Of a stretch of DNA of 64,000 bases, positions 61,876 through 64,000 are shown one piece after another (the first letter of the stretch is position 1; every line of letters begins with the position of its first letter). Source of the DNA: Paraspadella gotoi (Eukaryota; Animalia; Chaetognatha); the NCBI GenBank assembly GCA_051294375.1, contig CM119268.1:7588632-7652631 (forward strand), in the 5' to 3' direction. A program made the position numbers and the translations under genes. A model generated the notes under the pieces. It was not told where the DNA came from and searched no databases. It saw nothing but the letters and a program-made list of their open reading frames with translations.

Positions 61876-64000
61876 TGCCTCTCTCTCTCTTCGTCTCTCA
61901 CCTCTCCAACATGGCTCAATCTGCTTTCTCTCTCTCCTCTCTCTCTTACTGAATCACAAAAAAAAAATTAGAAGAAATTCGAAAAAGTAAAAACTAAAAA
62001 TTTTTCTTCCGCCCACACGCGCGAATTCCAATCCCGTTGCGGAAAAAGCACCGCCTCTTGGTGCCAGCGATCGGGCTAAAAACATTTCGAGGGTGTAAAC
62101 ATTTAAATAAAAAAGGCAAAAAACTCGGCGGAGGAGATTTAAAGGAAAATGAAATTTAACGAGAGAGCGGAGAGGGTATAAATTGCCGCTCGCGAGAGAG
62201 AGAGAACGCAGATGTCTAAATTGGAGGACGAGTTGATTAGACGGATAAAAGTTAAAAAAGAAATAAAATGAAGAAGATGTGAGAAAAACGAAAAAAAATT
62301 TTTCCTGAGAGTATTATCTGCAAGAGAGAACGAAGAAGAGAGATAAGAGGCTGAAGTAGGACGGTAGCGGTGACGGCGAGCGGAAAATTGTACGAAGACA
62401 TCGAGAGAGAAAGGGGCCTCAGTACCTTCTCAGCGAATAGCAAAAAAAAAAAAAGCAGATCGAACAACCAACTCGATATACTAAAGAAAGAGCAAAAATA
62501 CAAATAAAGTGTGGAAAAGAAGAAAGACGAAGAAACAAGCCGCTCAAAGCACGCAGGAAATAAAAGATACTCGAGGAGTACCGCTTAAGATTCTAAGTGT
62601 GAGCGACTTCGTAGTGCTGTGCTCTCGATTTACATTGAATCTTTTGGATGATGATTCAGTGATTTCGCTGGATTATAGATCGTCTTCAGGCATGTGTGCC
62701 GCCGACCTAATTATTTTTCTCGTATAATTTAATCTCTTATTCTTAAAACTATAAAGGCTCTTTAAAGCGATAAAAAAGAACATGGGAAGACGTTGGCAAG
62801 ACTGGTTGCATCATTCAAGTCTCAGTGAGCCTATTTTGTTCACGCAATGTTGTTTGTGTGGATGTTTCCACGCGCGTGAAAACCAAACTGAAAGGAGAAA
62901 GTCGTTCACAGAATTGACGGCAAATATTCACAAGGAAAAAAACGAATGATTATGGGATTCTGAGTGACACTAGTGGATTGGATGGAGCAAAGAGGAGAGA
63001 GAGGGGATGGAGAGAGAGAGAGTGAGGTTCCAGTTCCAGATCTCTGATGACCTCGACATGACTGTGTATGAAAGATAACGACACCATCATAAGTTTATCA
63101 CTGTTTTGGAGGAGATTTACTATAAGAAAGCGTTACGAGACTGACAAAGGTGGACGTTTTTTTTGTTGAACCGATAAAAATAGTAGAGGACATTGCAACT
63201 CTCTGGAGGGAGATGCGGACCCGGGCTCCCCGTCCTGTTGGGCAAAATGATTTCGCTGTTTTCACAACGAAATATTTTAATCATAGAACGTACATGTTTC
63301 GGCTTTGGACTCATTTGCGCCTGGAAAAAGAAGGCTTGAATCCAAAGCCGCCCGCGCAAATGTATTCCCGTCTAAATATGATAAATAAAATTCGTTGGGT
63401 GCTGAAACAAAAATCATTTTTGCCAAAAATACACTACAACAACGAAAAAAAAGGAGGGAAGCGGATCAAGAGGCCTACACTAAGCATACCACTATGACGA
63501 TAAAATTAAAATAAAAAAAAAAAAAAAAAAAACAAAAAAAGGCCGTAATGTAATAAAGTACAAAGTCTAAATATGTTTAGATGGAAGCTTAAAGGAAGCG
63601 ATCCTTGTTGTGCCTATGGGAGGATAAATTCCCATCAACCAGAGAGGTCGTCCGCGAATTATGGAAAAAAGTGCGAGTTGCCAAAACCAAAATCGTCGAC
63701 CCAATTTTTCGTTTCTCGGCCCGGACCCGCCATTCCCCAAAAAAAAAATCATTCTTCGCATTCCACCCCAATCTTATTCACTTTAAATTATTATTTAAAA
63801 AAGTTTTTAGCTTAGTTACAAAACTTGGTTAAAATATAATACTGTTATAAACTTGGATGATGATAATGTATGGAGAGAGGTGCTATGAGTATGGATAGTA
63901 GACATTTTAATAGTATATGATGGGTGTTTACGATGAGGGTTGAGTCCTGTTGATATTTTTTAAAAAAAAAGTTGTCTTCAGGCGGTATTTGTTTTGTTTC

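Overview
AT-rich metazoan genomic DNA, rich in (GA)n and (GAAA)n, from a gap-ridden draft assembly. It is probably an invertebrate (inferred only from the Ly6 gene). One well-supported host gene is present: a two-coding-exon, minus-strand Ly6/uPAR three-finger gene resembling Drosophila coiled (CDS 4577-5382). A second candidate gene starts as a 341-codon open frame at 12387 and runs into a gap. The main structure is a ~42-kb mirror image: 19441-33474 is an insertion-riddled reverse complement of the clean contigs lying between 33500 and 61400, centred on a 25-N gap. Five gaps of exactly 25 N, each next to noisy sequence, suggest long-read gap-filling artefacts rather than a real palindrome. 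The noisy segments still hold real biology. One is a full-length Ty3/Gypsy LTR retrotransposon inside a (TC)n microsatellite (37183-46563). The other is a compact, microsatellite-free ~8.5-kb block (47258-55795). It encodes an intron-split pogo/Fot1-like transposase (psq-HTH, CENP-B HTH, DDE_1) with long upstream coding exons and a downstream gene, so it is a candidate large cargo-carrying or domesticated pogo element. All motif calls in noisy regions were read by eye across frameshifts and need confirmation.
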